This document shows, one piece after another, positions 7,329 through 16,204 of a DNA stretch of 38,756 bases. The position numbers were made by a program, and so were the translations under genes. Position 1 is the first letter of the stretch; the number at the start of each line of letters is the position of its first letter. The stretch covers positions 1 through 38,756 of the forward strand of contig JAFGKC010000177.1 in the NCBI GenBank assembly GCA_016928765.1. Reading direction: 5' to 3'. The notes beneath the pieces are model-generated. The model saw only the letters and a list, made by a program, of their open reading frames with translations. It ran no database searches and was not told where the DNA came from. Origin of the DNA: Syntrophaceae bacterium. GTDB taxonomy: Bacteria; Desulfobacterota; Syntrophia; Syntrophales; Smithellaceae.

Positions 7329-7964
7329 CTATTTGTCTTCTTCGCTGAAGCTATGCACTAATTCCGGGTGAACCGTTTTATTAAATGCCGCCAAAAAATA
7401 TTCATACGAAATATCTTTCAATATCGGTTTCAGCTTATTAAATAGATACGAACAATCTTTGACTATTCTTGGATAACGCATAAATGTAACAGGTATTGAC
7501 GTGTTTGAAAGTGCCAATATTAGTTTATATATTAAATTCAGAAGTTCTCTTTCTTGGTTGCCTTGTTTTACCGAGTGAGTCTCCACCAATCCCCCCTTAA
7601 ATCTCTTTGGCCTAATCATATACTTTAGTCGCTTCAAAAACGGTGATTTTGAAATACTATCCCTTGTTACATATCTTCTGCTTTCAGCTGCAGCATATAG
7701 GTCTCTAACGGGAATAAAAACATGTTGGATAACTATATCGTCTCTATTTAGCTCCTCCTCCAAAAAAAATCCTTTTACAACAAAAGGACAATTTTCGCGT
7801 CTTAAATCATGTTCTAAACCAGCACGGGCTACTTTATGCTTTTTGGATACAATATCATTGACGCTAAATCCAGTATCAAAACCTAAGGTTGTCAAAAGCT
7901 CAACTAAAAAAGTTGTTCCAGCTCTTCCTGTACCTGTTATTACAACGTGACTTTTTATGGACAT
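7329..7964 (-). CDS. P-loop sulfotransferase-like protein (putative PAPS-dependent sulfotransferase)
   Basis: 211 aa, SD aAGAGGAAatcATG. The N-terminal VVITGTGRAGTTFLVELL resembles the 5'-phosphosulfate-binding loop (G-x-x-R/K-S/A-G-T-T) of bacterial sulfotransferases. IPVRDLYAAAESRR resembles the 3'-phosphate-binding segment. Assignment is from motifs only. Confidence 0.5.
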   Translation of the reverse strand: MSIKSHVVITGTGRAGTTFLVELLTTLGFDTGFSVNDIVSKKHKVARAGLEHDLRRENCPFVVKGFFLEEELNRDDIVIQHVFIPVRDLYAAAESRRYVTRDSISKSPFLKRLKYMIRPKRFKGGLVETHSVKQGNQERELLNLIYKLILALSNTSIPVTFMRYPRIVKDCSYLFNKLKPILKDISYEYFLAAFNKTVHPELVHSFSEEDK

Positions 7965-8132
7965 GATTTCCTCTTGCTTGTGAAAGTATGCTTTGTTCGC
8001 TTTGGTTTTTTTCTCGCCGATGCGCCCTATTTAAGCTTACTGAAATTAATAAACATGGACATGAAACCCTAATAATTATTTGACACATGCCCGCTTCAAT
8101 TGAAAAATATTATTCCCTTTTTCACTTTTGGT

Positions 8133-9422
8133 TTACGGCCTTTCGATAACAATCGACATACCCTGGCCGCCGCCGATGCACAGTGAGGCCAAGCCACGTT
8201 TCAGGTTTTTCTTTTTCATCTGCATCGCCAAAGTGTAGGTAATACGCGCGCCGGAACAGCCAATAGGATGCCCAATAGAAACGCCTCCTCCATTGAGGTT
8301 GCATTTCTCCATATCAATATTCAACTCTTTCACACAAGCCAGCGCCTGCGAGGCGAAAGCTTCGTTGAGTTCTACAAGATCCATATCCTTCATGGTTAGA
8401 TTCAATTTTTTAAATAATTTGCGCGTAGCGGGAATCGGACCCAGCCCCATATACGCCGGATCAACACCTCCGCTCGCCCAGCCCTTGATTTTGGCCAGCA
8501 CTTCCAGATTTAATTCCTTGGCTTTCTCCGCGCTCATTACCACTACCGCCGCCGCGCTGTCGTTAATGCCGGAGGCATTGCCCGCGGTAATCGTTCCGTC
8601 TTTCTTGAAAACCGTCGCAAGCTTACTCATTTTCTCCAGTGACGTTTCCATGGGGCGTTCGTCAACTTTGAATATTTTCGGTTCGCCTTTTTTCTGCGGC
8701 ACAACCACATCGACAATTTCATCAGCCACCGCGCCGGAAGCATTGGCCGCGCGCGCTCTTTGGTGGCTGCGCAGCGAAAATTCGTCCTGCTCCTGCCGCG
8801 ATATTTTATAAAGCGCGGCGATGTTTTCCGCGGTCATACCCATGTGGTAGCCGTTGAAAATCTCGTAAAGGCCGTCGTAAACCATCAGATCAGTAATCTG
8901 CGAATAGGGCATGCTCATGCGGTAACCCCAGCGCGCTCCCGGCACGGCAAAAGGCGCGTTGCTCATGTTCTCCATGCCGCCGGCGATGATAATTTCCGCC
9001 TCGCCCGTCATAATTGCCTGCGCCGCCAGCGCGATGGCTTTGAGTCCCGAGGCGCACACTTTATTTACCGTGTAGGCGTTGGTTTCTTCCGGGAGTCCCG
9101 CGTAAATACAGGACTGCCGTGCCACATTCTGCCCCTGCCCCGCCTGTAAAACGTTGCCCATAATTACTTCATCGACATAAACAGGCTTAAGCGCTTCCTG
9201 ATATTGATAATATTTTTTGTTGATCTCGGTCATGTCAAATTTGCCCAGGGCGTCCGGGCGAAAGCTTTTGATTGAATCATTCACCGCCGGGCGCAATCCA
9301 GCGCGCTTGAGCGCTTCTTTGATTACCAGCGCTCCTAAATCAGCGGTCTTAACTCCTTTTAATGATCCGCCGAATTCTCCCACCGCGGTTCTGGCTCCGC
9401 TGACAATTACTGCTTCTTTCAT
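8133..9422 (-). CDS. Acetyl-CoA C-acetyltransferase (thiolase II)
   Basis: MKEAVIVSGARTAVGEFGGSLKG..., VNKVCASGLKAIALAAQ (active-site Cys) and the C-terminal GLASLCIGGGQG. The second ATG (9422) is preferred because the first ATG (9440) overlaps the SD ggaAAGGAGcaagaaaATG. Confidence 0.9.
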   Translation of the reverse strand: MKEAVIVSGARTAVGEFGGSLKGVKTADLGALVIKEALKRAGLRPAVNDSIKSFRPDALGKFDMTEINKKYYQYQEALKPVYVDEVIMGNVLQAGQGQNVARQSCIYAGLPEETNAYTVNKVCASGLKAIALAAQAIMTGEAEIIIAGGMENMSNAPFAVPGARWGYRMSMPYSQITDLMVYDGLYEIFNGYHMGMTAENIAALYKISRQEQDEFSLRSHQRARAANASGAVADEIVDVVVPQKKGEPKIFKVDERPMETSLEKMSKLATVFKKDGTITAGNASGINDSAAAVVVMSAEKAKELNLEVLAKIKGWASGGVDPAYMGLGPIPATRKLFKKLNLTMKDMDLVELNEAFASQALACVKELNIDMEKCNLNGGGVSIGHPIGCSGARITYTLAMQMKKKNLKRGLASLCIGGGQGMSIVIERP

Positions 9423-9574
9423 TTTCTTGCTCCTTTCCAATATTAAATATTTAGAATATGTTTTTTATTTTTTGCAACCTTTTCTCAATACGCCTACGGT
9501 AATTGCGAGACTTTATTTATCGGCACGAAGCAATTCGACTCATTCATTACCAGGCGATCCCGCCCCTTTTTGTC

Positions 9575-9665
9575 ATCGCGAGGCGGCGCTTGCCGCCGTG
9601 GCGATCTCATGCACAAAAGCTCAAATACATAAGATTGCTTCACCTGCCGCAGGCAGGTTCGCAAT
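9575..9665. repeat. Second hairpin-repeat family (two convergent units of atYgc - internal loop - GC stem - gcRat)
   Basis: atcgcgaggcggcgcttgccgccgtggcgat (9575-9605) and attgcttcacctgccgcaggcaggttcgcaat (9634-9665). A degenerate third unit, aattgc...gcaatt, lies at about 9500-9535. Confidence 0.6.
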
Positions 9666-9680
9666 GACAGATGGCGCTGC

Positions 9681-11138
9681 TCAATTATCTATCTTCTGCA
9701 CAAATTCCACTTCGCGCGGCACTTTGTAGGAAGAAAGGTAAGCGCGGCAATATTTGAGAATCTCCTTATCGTCAGCAGCGGCGCCGCCTTTCAACACAAT
9801 CCTCGCCAGCACAACTTCCCCGCGCATTAAATCTTTTTTGCCGACTACTTCCACCCGAAGCACCGCCGGATGCATGCTCAAAATATCCTCTATTTCTTTG
9901 GGATAAACATTAAAACCGCTGGTGATAATCATCCTTTTTTTCAGGCCGGTGAGAAAAATATAGCCATCCTCATCCATCCTGCCCAGATCACCAGTATGCA
10001 GCCATCCATCTCTAATAACAGAGTCGGTTGCTTTCTTGTCTTTGTAATAACCCTGCATCACGTTATCGCCTCTGGCTATCAGTTCCCCAACCTGGCCGCG
10101 GGAAAGCTCATGCCCTTCTTCATCGACAATTTTTATCTCACAGCCGGGAACAGCTTTTCCGATGGATCCGGGTTTCTGCGGCCGATCCAGCATATTGAAA
10201 GAACACGCAGGTGACGCCTCGGTGAGACCATAACCTTCAACGATCTTCGCGCCGAATTTTTCCTCAAAAGGCGCGATGAAATCTGGCGGCATCGCCGCGC
10301 CACCGGTGACACAAACTTCGATCGAGCTCACGTCATAGCTGGCGGCGTCCGCATGAAAAATCATGCCCAGATAAAGCCGGGGCACGGCACAGATATAAGT
10401 GATTTTTTCTTTCTGGATGGCGCCGAAAAGCCCGTCCATGGTGAATCTGTCCATCATCACCACGCTGCAGCCGGTGCGCACAACGTTAATCATGTTGACC
10501 GTCGCGCCGAAAGAATGAAAAAGCGGAATGAGGCACAGGCCGATATCTTTATGTGTCCTTTTCACGCAGGTATATATCAAATGGGATTGGGAGTATAAAT
10601 TGCGATGCGTGAGCACCGCGCCCAAGGCCTTGCCGGTGAGACCCGACGTATAAATTATCGCGGCGGGATCATCAGGGCTAATGTCTTCACTGATTTCCTG
10701 GAGAGCGCCATTTTTTAATAATTGATTAAATTTTTGTTTTTGCTCCGGGTTATCGACAGCAATGATATTTTTACAGGTAGCCAGTTTATCCCGAATTTCT
10801 TCATATCGCTTACGCGCCGACTCTACCGTAATTAAAACTTTCGCGTCGCTGTTTTCCAGCAGGTAGCTTAATTCATAAGGAGTGGAAGAAGTATTAAGCG
10901 GCACAGCTACCGCGCCCAGTTTCACCGCCGCAAAATAATAATAAAAGAATTCGGGAATATTAGGTAAAACTAAGGCAACTTTATCGCCTTTGACTATGCC
11001 TGCCTGTTTTAAAAAATGCGCTACGGTATTGACGGCGCGATTAAGCTCATTGTAGTTAATTCTCTGATTTTCAAAAACAATAGCTGGTCGGTCATTGTGC
11101 CTGTCGACAGAAATCTTTAGTAAATTCGATAAGTTAAT
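9681..11138 (-). CDS. Long-chain/medium-chain acyl-CoA ligase (AMP-forming); proposed non-canonical ATT start
   Basis: Track ORF 9681-10925 begins at an internal GTG (Val of ...YYYFAAVKLGAVAVPLN). The frame stays open upstream to TAG at 11145-11147 and encodes a normal N-terminus: I/M-NLSNLLKISVDRHNDRPAIVFENQRINYNELNRAVNTVAHFLKQAGIVKGDKVALVLPNIPEFF. There is no ATG, GTG or TTG in that stretch. ATT at 11138-11136 lies 9 nt after GGAGG (11152-11148). Confidence 0.8.
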   Translation of the reverse strand: MNLSNLLKISVDRHNDRPAIVFENQRINYNELNRAVNTVAHFLKQAGIVKGDKVALVLPNIPEFFYYYFAAVKLGAVAVPLNTSSTPYELSYLLENSDAKVLITVESARKRYEEIRDKLATCKNIIAVDNPEQKQKFNQLLKNGALQEISEDISPDDPAAIIYTSGLTGKALGAVLTHRNLYSQSHLIYTCVKRTHKDIGLCLIPLFHSFGATVNMINVVRTGCSVVMMDRFTMDGLFGAIQKEKITYICAVPRLYLGMIFHADAASYDVSSIEVCVTGGAAMPPDFIAPFEEKFGAKIVEGYGLTEASPACSFNMLDRPQKPGSIGKAVPGCEIKIVDEEGHELSRGQVGELIARGDNVMQGYYKDKKATDSVIRDGWLHTGDLGRMDEDGYIFLTGLKKRMIITSGFNVYPKEIEDILSMHPAVLRVEVVGKKDLMRGEVVLARIVLKGGAAADDKEILKYCRAYLSSYKVPREVEFVQKIDN

Positions 11139-11315
11139 GTATCGCTACCTCCGCAAAATATGGTTCTCTTTAGCAAAAAAAAGTGCTTTTAGCAATAAGA
11201 TAATCTGATGACTGTGCGATATTATATATCGCGCCGCTTAATATAAAGCATTTCTTCATTCTTTCGTTAAATCAATGAAATCTATAAAACGTTAACTTGT
11301 TATTTTTTATAGATC

Positions 11316-13202
11316 TTATTCGGCAGGCGTATATTCGGGGACAATTTCATGAAGCTTTGTTTTTATTGATTGCGCATCATGACATTCGGCTAACTTAATT
11401 AACTCGTTAATTTCTTTGTCCAGCTGTCTTTTTACCTGTAACAAGTCTGTCGCTCCATTAAACATTTGAGATGAACGAAGAATCATTATCTTTTCATGCT
11501 TTGTAGGCAAAACATTTTCTTGCTCGGAAATAATTTCTTCATACAATTTTTCTCCATCGCGCAATCCCGTATAAACAATTTCTATATCATTGTCCGGATC
11601 TTTGCCCGAGAGGCGAATTAAATCTCGCGCCATGTCTAAGATATTGATTGGTGAGCCCATACGTAAAACAAATACTTCTCCGCCTTCGCCGATGGCGCCC
11701 GCCTGCAAGATCATTTGTGATGCTTCAGGAATAGTCATGAAATAGCGAGTAGCATGAGGATCGGTGACAGTCACGGGACCACCTCGCTCAATCTGCCTGC
11801 GGAAAAGCGGTATAACTGATCCGGATGAACCAATAACATTACCGAAACGAACCGCCATCATCCGTGTGTAATTACCCTGTAGCGACTGCATAATTAATTC
11901 CGTTACCCGTTTGCTCGCGCCCATTACATTTGTAGGGCGCACCGCCTTATCCGTAGATACCAGAACAAATTTTTCCACACCATATTTAATGGACATTTCC
12001 ATCACCATGCGGCTGCCAAGAATATTGTTAAAAACCGCCTCCCAGGGATTCGTTTCCAGCATCGGAACATGTTTATATGCGGCTGCGTGAAAAACAACTT
12101 CCGGTTTATATGTACTGAAAATATCCTCCATAAGCTTTTCATGCTGCACTCTTCCTAAAATCGCCTTATAATTTTTAAATCCTTTTTCATTTTCTATTTC
12201 CATTTGAATAAAAAACAGATTCGCCTCACTTGAATCCAGCAAAATAAGAAATCGGGGGTTATATTTGATAACTTGCCGGCACAGCTCTGAACCAATAGAA
12301 CCACCGCAACCGGTAATCAAAACAGCTTTATTGTTTAATAAAAGACTGATATCTTCCGTGTATAACTTTACTTCCGGCCTTCCCAAAAGATCTTCATAGC
12401 TGATATCCCGCAGAACTTTCACGCTGACGCTGCCATCAATCAGCGCTCCTATTGAAGGCAGTATCTTATAAGGAATTGCGCTGCTGATACAAGTTTCAAC
12501 AATCCTCCTCATTTGCGTACCGGTTGCAGATGGAATGGCAATGAGTATTTCCTGAATATTTTTTATTTCTCGGGTATTCATCATATCATCAACTGAACCC
12601 AAAACACGTATACCGTGAATAGCTCGGCCTTTTTTCGCTAGATCATCATCAATAAAGCCCAATACTTCATAATCGAGTCGATGATTATCAAATATTTCCC
12701 GGAGCATTTTTTCCCCAGCACTTCCGGCACCAATAATTAATACTTTCTTTGCGCGAAACACTTTTTGCAAGTTTTTGTTATACTGCAAATCCGCGGTAGA
12801 ATAATATAAGCGGATTGCCATTCGCAACACTCCCGTGAAAAGAAAAGTAATTAATCCATCGACAATAAACACTGCACGGGAATAACCCTCAAACCGGTTA
12901 ATAAAGAGGATAAGAGCCATAATGATCACTGTTGCTAGCAGACTGGCGCGCGCCAAAAGCCAGAAATCGCGAATGCTCGTATAACGCCACATGCCGCGGT
13001 AAAGACCCTGGGACATAAATACAATGCTTTTTAACGGCACAACCCAGACAAGCAGAGTGAGCAGTTGTTCCCTGTAGACAGGACTGAGATAAAACTCAAA
13101 ACGAAATAAATACGCCATGACCAGAGCAACTGCAAAAACCAGCGCGTCGCAAAATATCGTGAAATAGAATTTGGGGTTTTTAAACTGAGGATGCAATGTC
13201 AT
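11316..13202 (-). CDS. Membrane-bound NDP-HexNAc 4,6-dehydratase (CapD/PglF/WbpM family)
   Basis: 628 aa with four N-terminal TM helices and two Rossmann segments (VLIIGAGSAGEKM; VLITGCGGSIGSEL). FHAAAYKHVP and VLVSTDKAVRPTNVMGASKR are typical of this family. Confidence 0.88.
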   Translation of the reverse strand: MTLHPQFKNPKFYFTIFCDALVFAVALVMAYLFRFEFYLSPVYREQLLTLLVWVVPLKSIVFMSQGLYRGMWRYTSIRDFWLLARASLLATVIIMALILFINRFEGYSRAVFIVDGLITFLFTGVLRMAIRLYYSTADLQYNKNLQKVFRAKKVLIIGAGSAGEKMLREIFDNHRLDYEVLGFIDDDLAKKGRAIHGIRVLGSVDDMMNTREIKNIQEILIAIPSATGTQMRRIVETCISSAIPYKILPSIGALIDGSVSVKVLRDISYEDLLGRPEVKLYTEDISLLLNNKAVLITGCGGSIGSELCRQVIKYNPRFLILLDSSEANLFFIQMEIENEKGFKNYKAILGRVQHEKLMEDIFSTYKPEVVFHAAAYKHVPMLETNPWEAVFNNILGSRMVMEMSIKYGVEKFVLVSTDKAVRPTNVMGASKRVTELIMQSLQGNYTRMMAVRFGNVIGSSGSVIPLFRRQIERGGPVTVTDPHATRYFMTIPEASQMILQAGAIGEGGEVFVLRMGSPINILDMARDLIRLSGKDPDNDIEIVYTGLRDGEKLYEEIISEQENVLPTKHEKIMILRSSQMFNGATDLLQVKRQLDKEINELIKLAECHDAQSIKTKLHEIVPEYTPAE

Positions 13203-13315
13203 ATTGATTTTACATTTATCTTAAAAATGATACATTAAACATATATTTACATACCGATATTCATTTCAAAATATTTAGATGTAAATTGGAACATTACCAG
13301 ACAAAAATCAAGTGC

Positions 13316-15226
13316 TTATTTATTTGATTGGTAAACTACTTTGTGTTTTGTCAGATATGCTTCGATTACGTCAACGCATTTATCCAACGGAAATGCTCGC
13401 GTATCGATTAAAATTTCCGGTTGTTCCGGCGCCTCATACGGAGAATCGATCCCGGTAAATCCGGAAATTTTCCCGCTTCTCGCTTTTTCATACAAACCGT
13501 TCGGATCTCGCCTCTGGCATTCATCTATCGGGCAATTAACGTATATTTCCACGAATCTTCCGGAATCAAACAGCTTTCTCACAAAATTTCGGTCTTCCTT
13601 AAAAGGAGAAATAAACGTGCATAAAACAATATGCCCGTGTTCAAAAAACAATTTTGCCGTCTCGCCCGCCCGGCGGATATTTTCTTTTCTGTCCGCGACA
13701 GAAAAAGCAAGATCCGAACAAAGGCCATGCCTGATAATATCACCGTCGAGCATCACCGTTTTACAGCCGTGTTCAAACAAACGGCGTTCCAATTCCATGG
13801 CGACAGTGGATTTACCGGAACCGGAAAGCCCAGTGAACCAGAGCACCACGGCCTTGTGCCCGCTTTGTTTTTCACGCTCGGCAAGCCCGATGTGGTGATC
13901 ACGCCAGACAGTGTGCGGTGATTTTTTCTGTTTTACGCCTTCTTCAGTCTCGGCAGAGACATAATCTTCAACATGACGCGCGGCATCGCGAATCATGCCC
14001 GCGGCAACGGTTTTATTCGTTAACGGGTCGATCAGTATAAATCTGCCCGTGGCATGATTAATTTTGTAAAGGTCAAAAAATATTGGCGCCGCGAGCTTTA
14101 TTTCCACTCGCCCTATGTCGTTTAGCAAGAACCTCTCTGCCCGCTGGCGATGCAAAGTATTCACATCTATTTTATAAACGATGCTTTTTACAGAAGCCCG
14201 GACAGACCTTGTCGTGTGCTTCATTATAAAGGATGAATTAATGGTCATGGGCTCATCATCCATCCAGCATACTATCGCCTCGAGAGAATTTTCTATTAAC
14301 GGCAGGTTTTTTTTGCGGACAATCATATCGCCGCGGCTGACATCAATCTCATCATTCAAGGTAAGGACAACTGACTGGGGCGCGAAAGCTTCCGTTAATT
14401 CTCCGTCATAAGTGTTTATCGCTTTGATGGAAGTGATTTTCCCGGAAGGCAGAGCGACAACTTCTTCGGACGGGCTTATTGTTCCGGAAACAACTTTTCC
14501 GGCAAAGCCGCGGAAATTCGCGTTTGGTCTGAGAACATACTGAACAGGAAAACGAAAATCCACCAGATTTCTATCCGCGGAAACATTAAGATTTTCCAGA
14601 TTATGCAGTAGTGTTGCGCCTTCATACCAGGGCATTTTTTTGCTTTTCACGGCAACGTTATCGCCTTTAAGGGCGGAAACGGGGATAAAAATGATATCGT
14701 GAATATCCAGTTTTTGTGAATAATCCTTATATTCTTCGACGATACGGGTAAAAACATCCTGAGAGTAATCAACAATATCCATTTTATTGACGGCAACAAT
14801 TAAATGCGGAATCTGCAGAAGAGAAATTAAAAAACCATGCCTTTTTGATTGAGTCAGAACCCCGTTGCGCGCGTCAATCAGAATAACGGCGCAATCCGCT
14901 TTGGACGCGCCTGTCACCATATTTTTTGTATATTGCACGTGACCCGGAGAATCCGTGATAATGAATTTTCTTTTTTCCGTTTCGAAATAACGGTAAGCCA
15001 CATCAATGGTAATGCCCTGTTCTCTTTCCGCCGCCAGGCCGTCAAGCAAATAAGCAAGCTCTACTTCTTTAAGCCCTTTCTTCTTTGATGTTTTTTCAAT
15101 TGCCATATACTGATCTTCAAAAATTGATTTTGTTTCGTATAAAAGCCGGCCGATTAACGTGGACTTGCCGTCATCCACGCTGCCCGTCGTTACAAAGCGC
15201 AATAATGATTTCTCGCCGGTCGGCAT
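13316..15226 (-). CDS. cysNC: Bifunctional sulfate adenylyltransferase subunit 1 / adenylylsulfate (APS) kinase
   Basis: 636 aa. The N-terminal GTPase has GSVDDGKSTLIGRLL, DSPGH and NKMD. The C-terminal APS kinase has WFTGLSGSGKST. The start overlaps the cysD stop (TAATG sharing nt 15226). Confidence 0.93.
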   Translation of the reverse strand: MPTGEKSLLRFVTTGSVDDGKSTLIGRLLYETKSIFEDQYMAIEKTSKKKGLKEVELAYLLDGLAAEREQGITIDVAYRYFETEKRKFIITDSPGHVQYTKNMVTGASKADCAVILIDARNGVLTQSKRHGFLISLLQIPHLIVAVNKMDIVDYSQDVFTRIVEEYKDYSQKLDIHDIIFIPVSALKGDNVAVKSKKMPWYEGATLLHNLENLNVSADRNLVDFRFPVQYVLRPNANFRGFAGKVVSGTISPSEEVVALPSGKITSIKAINTYDGELTEAFAPQSVVLTLNDEIDVSRGDMIVRKKNLPLIENSLEAIVCWMDDEPMTINSSFIMKHTTRSVRASVKSIVYKIDVNTLHRQRAERFLLNDIGRVEIKLAAPIFFDLYKINHATGRFILIDPLTNKTVAAGMIRDAARHVEDYVSAETEEGVKQKKSPHTVWRDHHIGLAEREKQSGHKAVVLWFTGLSGSGKSTVAMELERRLFEHGCKTVMLDGDIIRHGLCSDLAFSVADRKENIRRAGETAKLFFEHGHIVLCTFISPFKEDRNFVRKLFDSGRFVEIYVNCPIDECQRRDPNGLYEKARSGKISGFTGIDSPYEAPEQPEILIDTRAFPLDKCVDVIEAYLTKHKVVYQSNK

Positions 15227-16152
15227 TAAAAATATCCTTCTTTCTTTTTCTGTTCCATGGAACTGTCGCTGGTCAGATCAATAACGCGGTTTTCCCGCTC
15301 CGATTTAGTTGCCGCGCGGACTTCCGAAATAATTTCATCAAACGTGACCGCCTTGGAAGCAATCGCTCCCGTGCAGGGAATACAGCCTAAGGAACGAAAA
15401 CGGCAAATGATTTTTTTTGTTTTTTCTTGTACAATTTTTCCATTCGCGTCTTCCAATCCCGTCAAACCAGGATACACAGGGATAAGAATGCCATTGCGCA
15501 CAATGACTTCCCTCTCCTGCGCAAAATAAATAGGCACAACAGGAATATTCTCGATTTTTATATATTGCCAGATGTCCTTTTCCGTCCAGTTGCTGAGCGG
15601 AAAAACCCGCATCGATTCATCTTCGTTGACGCGCGTGTTGTATATATCCCAGAGTTCGGGACGCTGATTTTTCGGATCCCATTGGCCGAACGAATCGCGC
15701 AGGGAAAAGACTCTTTCTTTTGCGCGTGATTTTTCCTCTTCCCGCCTCGCCCCGCCAATGGCGGCGTCAAATCCGTGCTTACGCAAGGCGTCCAACAGCG
15801 CGCCTGTTTTTAAGTATGAGCAACACTTATCCACGCCCATTTTAAGAGGATGACAGCCTCGGGCAATCCACTGCTCATTTCTTTCCACGATGAGTGTCGC
15901 GTCGATTTTTTTGCAGAATTCATCACGAAATTTATACATTTCCGGAAATTTATACCCGGTATCAACATGCATCAAAGGAAAAGGAATTCTGCCCGGGTAA
16001 AAAGCCTTTTGGGCGAGGCGCACCATAACGCTTGAGTCTTTTCCCACCGAATAAAGCATTACCGGATTTTTAAATTCCGCCGCCACTTCACGCATTATAT
16101 CGATTGATTCAGATTCCAGCTGTCGTAAATATGACAAATTAAAAGAATTCAT
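15226..16152 (-). CDS. cysD: Sulfate adenylyltransferase subunit 2
   Basis: [43 protein letters not shown]... is colinear with the CysD N-terminus, so the ATG at 16152 is preferred to the TTG at 16176. Confidence 0.92.
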   Translation of the reverse strand: MNSFNLSYLRQLESESIDIMREVAAEFKNPVMLYSVGKDSSVMVRLAQKAFYPGRIPFPLMHVDTGYKFPEMYKFRDEFCKKIDATLIVERNEQWIARGCHPLKMGVDKCCSYLKTGALLDALRKHGFDAAIGGARREEEKSRAKERVFSLRDSFGQWDPKNQRPELWDIYNTRVNEDESMRVFPLSNWTEKDIWQYIKIENIPVVPIYFAQEREVIVRNGILIPVYPGLTGLEDANGKIVQEKTKKIICRFRSLGCIPCTGAIASKAVTFDEIISEVRAATKSERENRVIDLTSDSSMEQKKKEGYF

Positions 16153-16204
16153 TCCTGCTAATACCTTTTTTATCAAACTTTTATATCATGAAGAATTAAA
16201 CGTT

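Noticed and set aside
9217-9729. ORF 9217-9729(+), which spans the thiolase 5' end and the 9441-9680 spacer.
   Set aside because: Half of it is antisense to the thiolase. The rest is a translation of the second hairpin-repeat family (CHREAALAAVAIS..IASPAAGRFAMT).
13316-16152. Reading cysD/cysNC as ordinary assimilatory sulfate-activation genes that are only coincidentally near the glycan genes.
   Set aside because: I have not fully excluded this, but I disfavour it. The genes are flanked on both sides by glycan genes on the same strand, the kinase is fused (so PAPS is the end product), and no cysH or sulfite reductase is nearby. Genome-wide context is needed to settle it.
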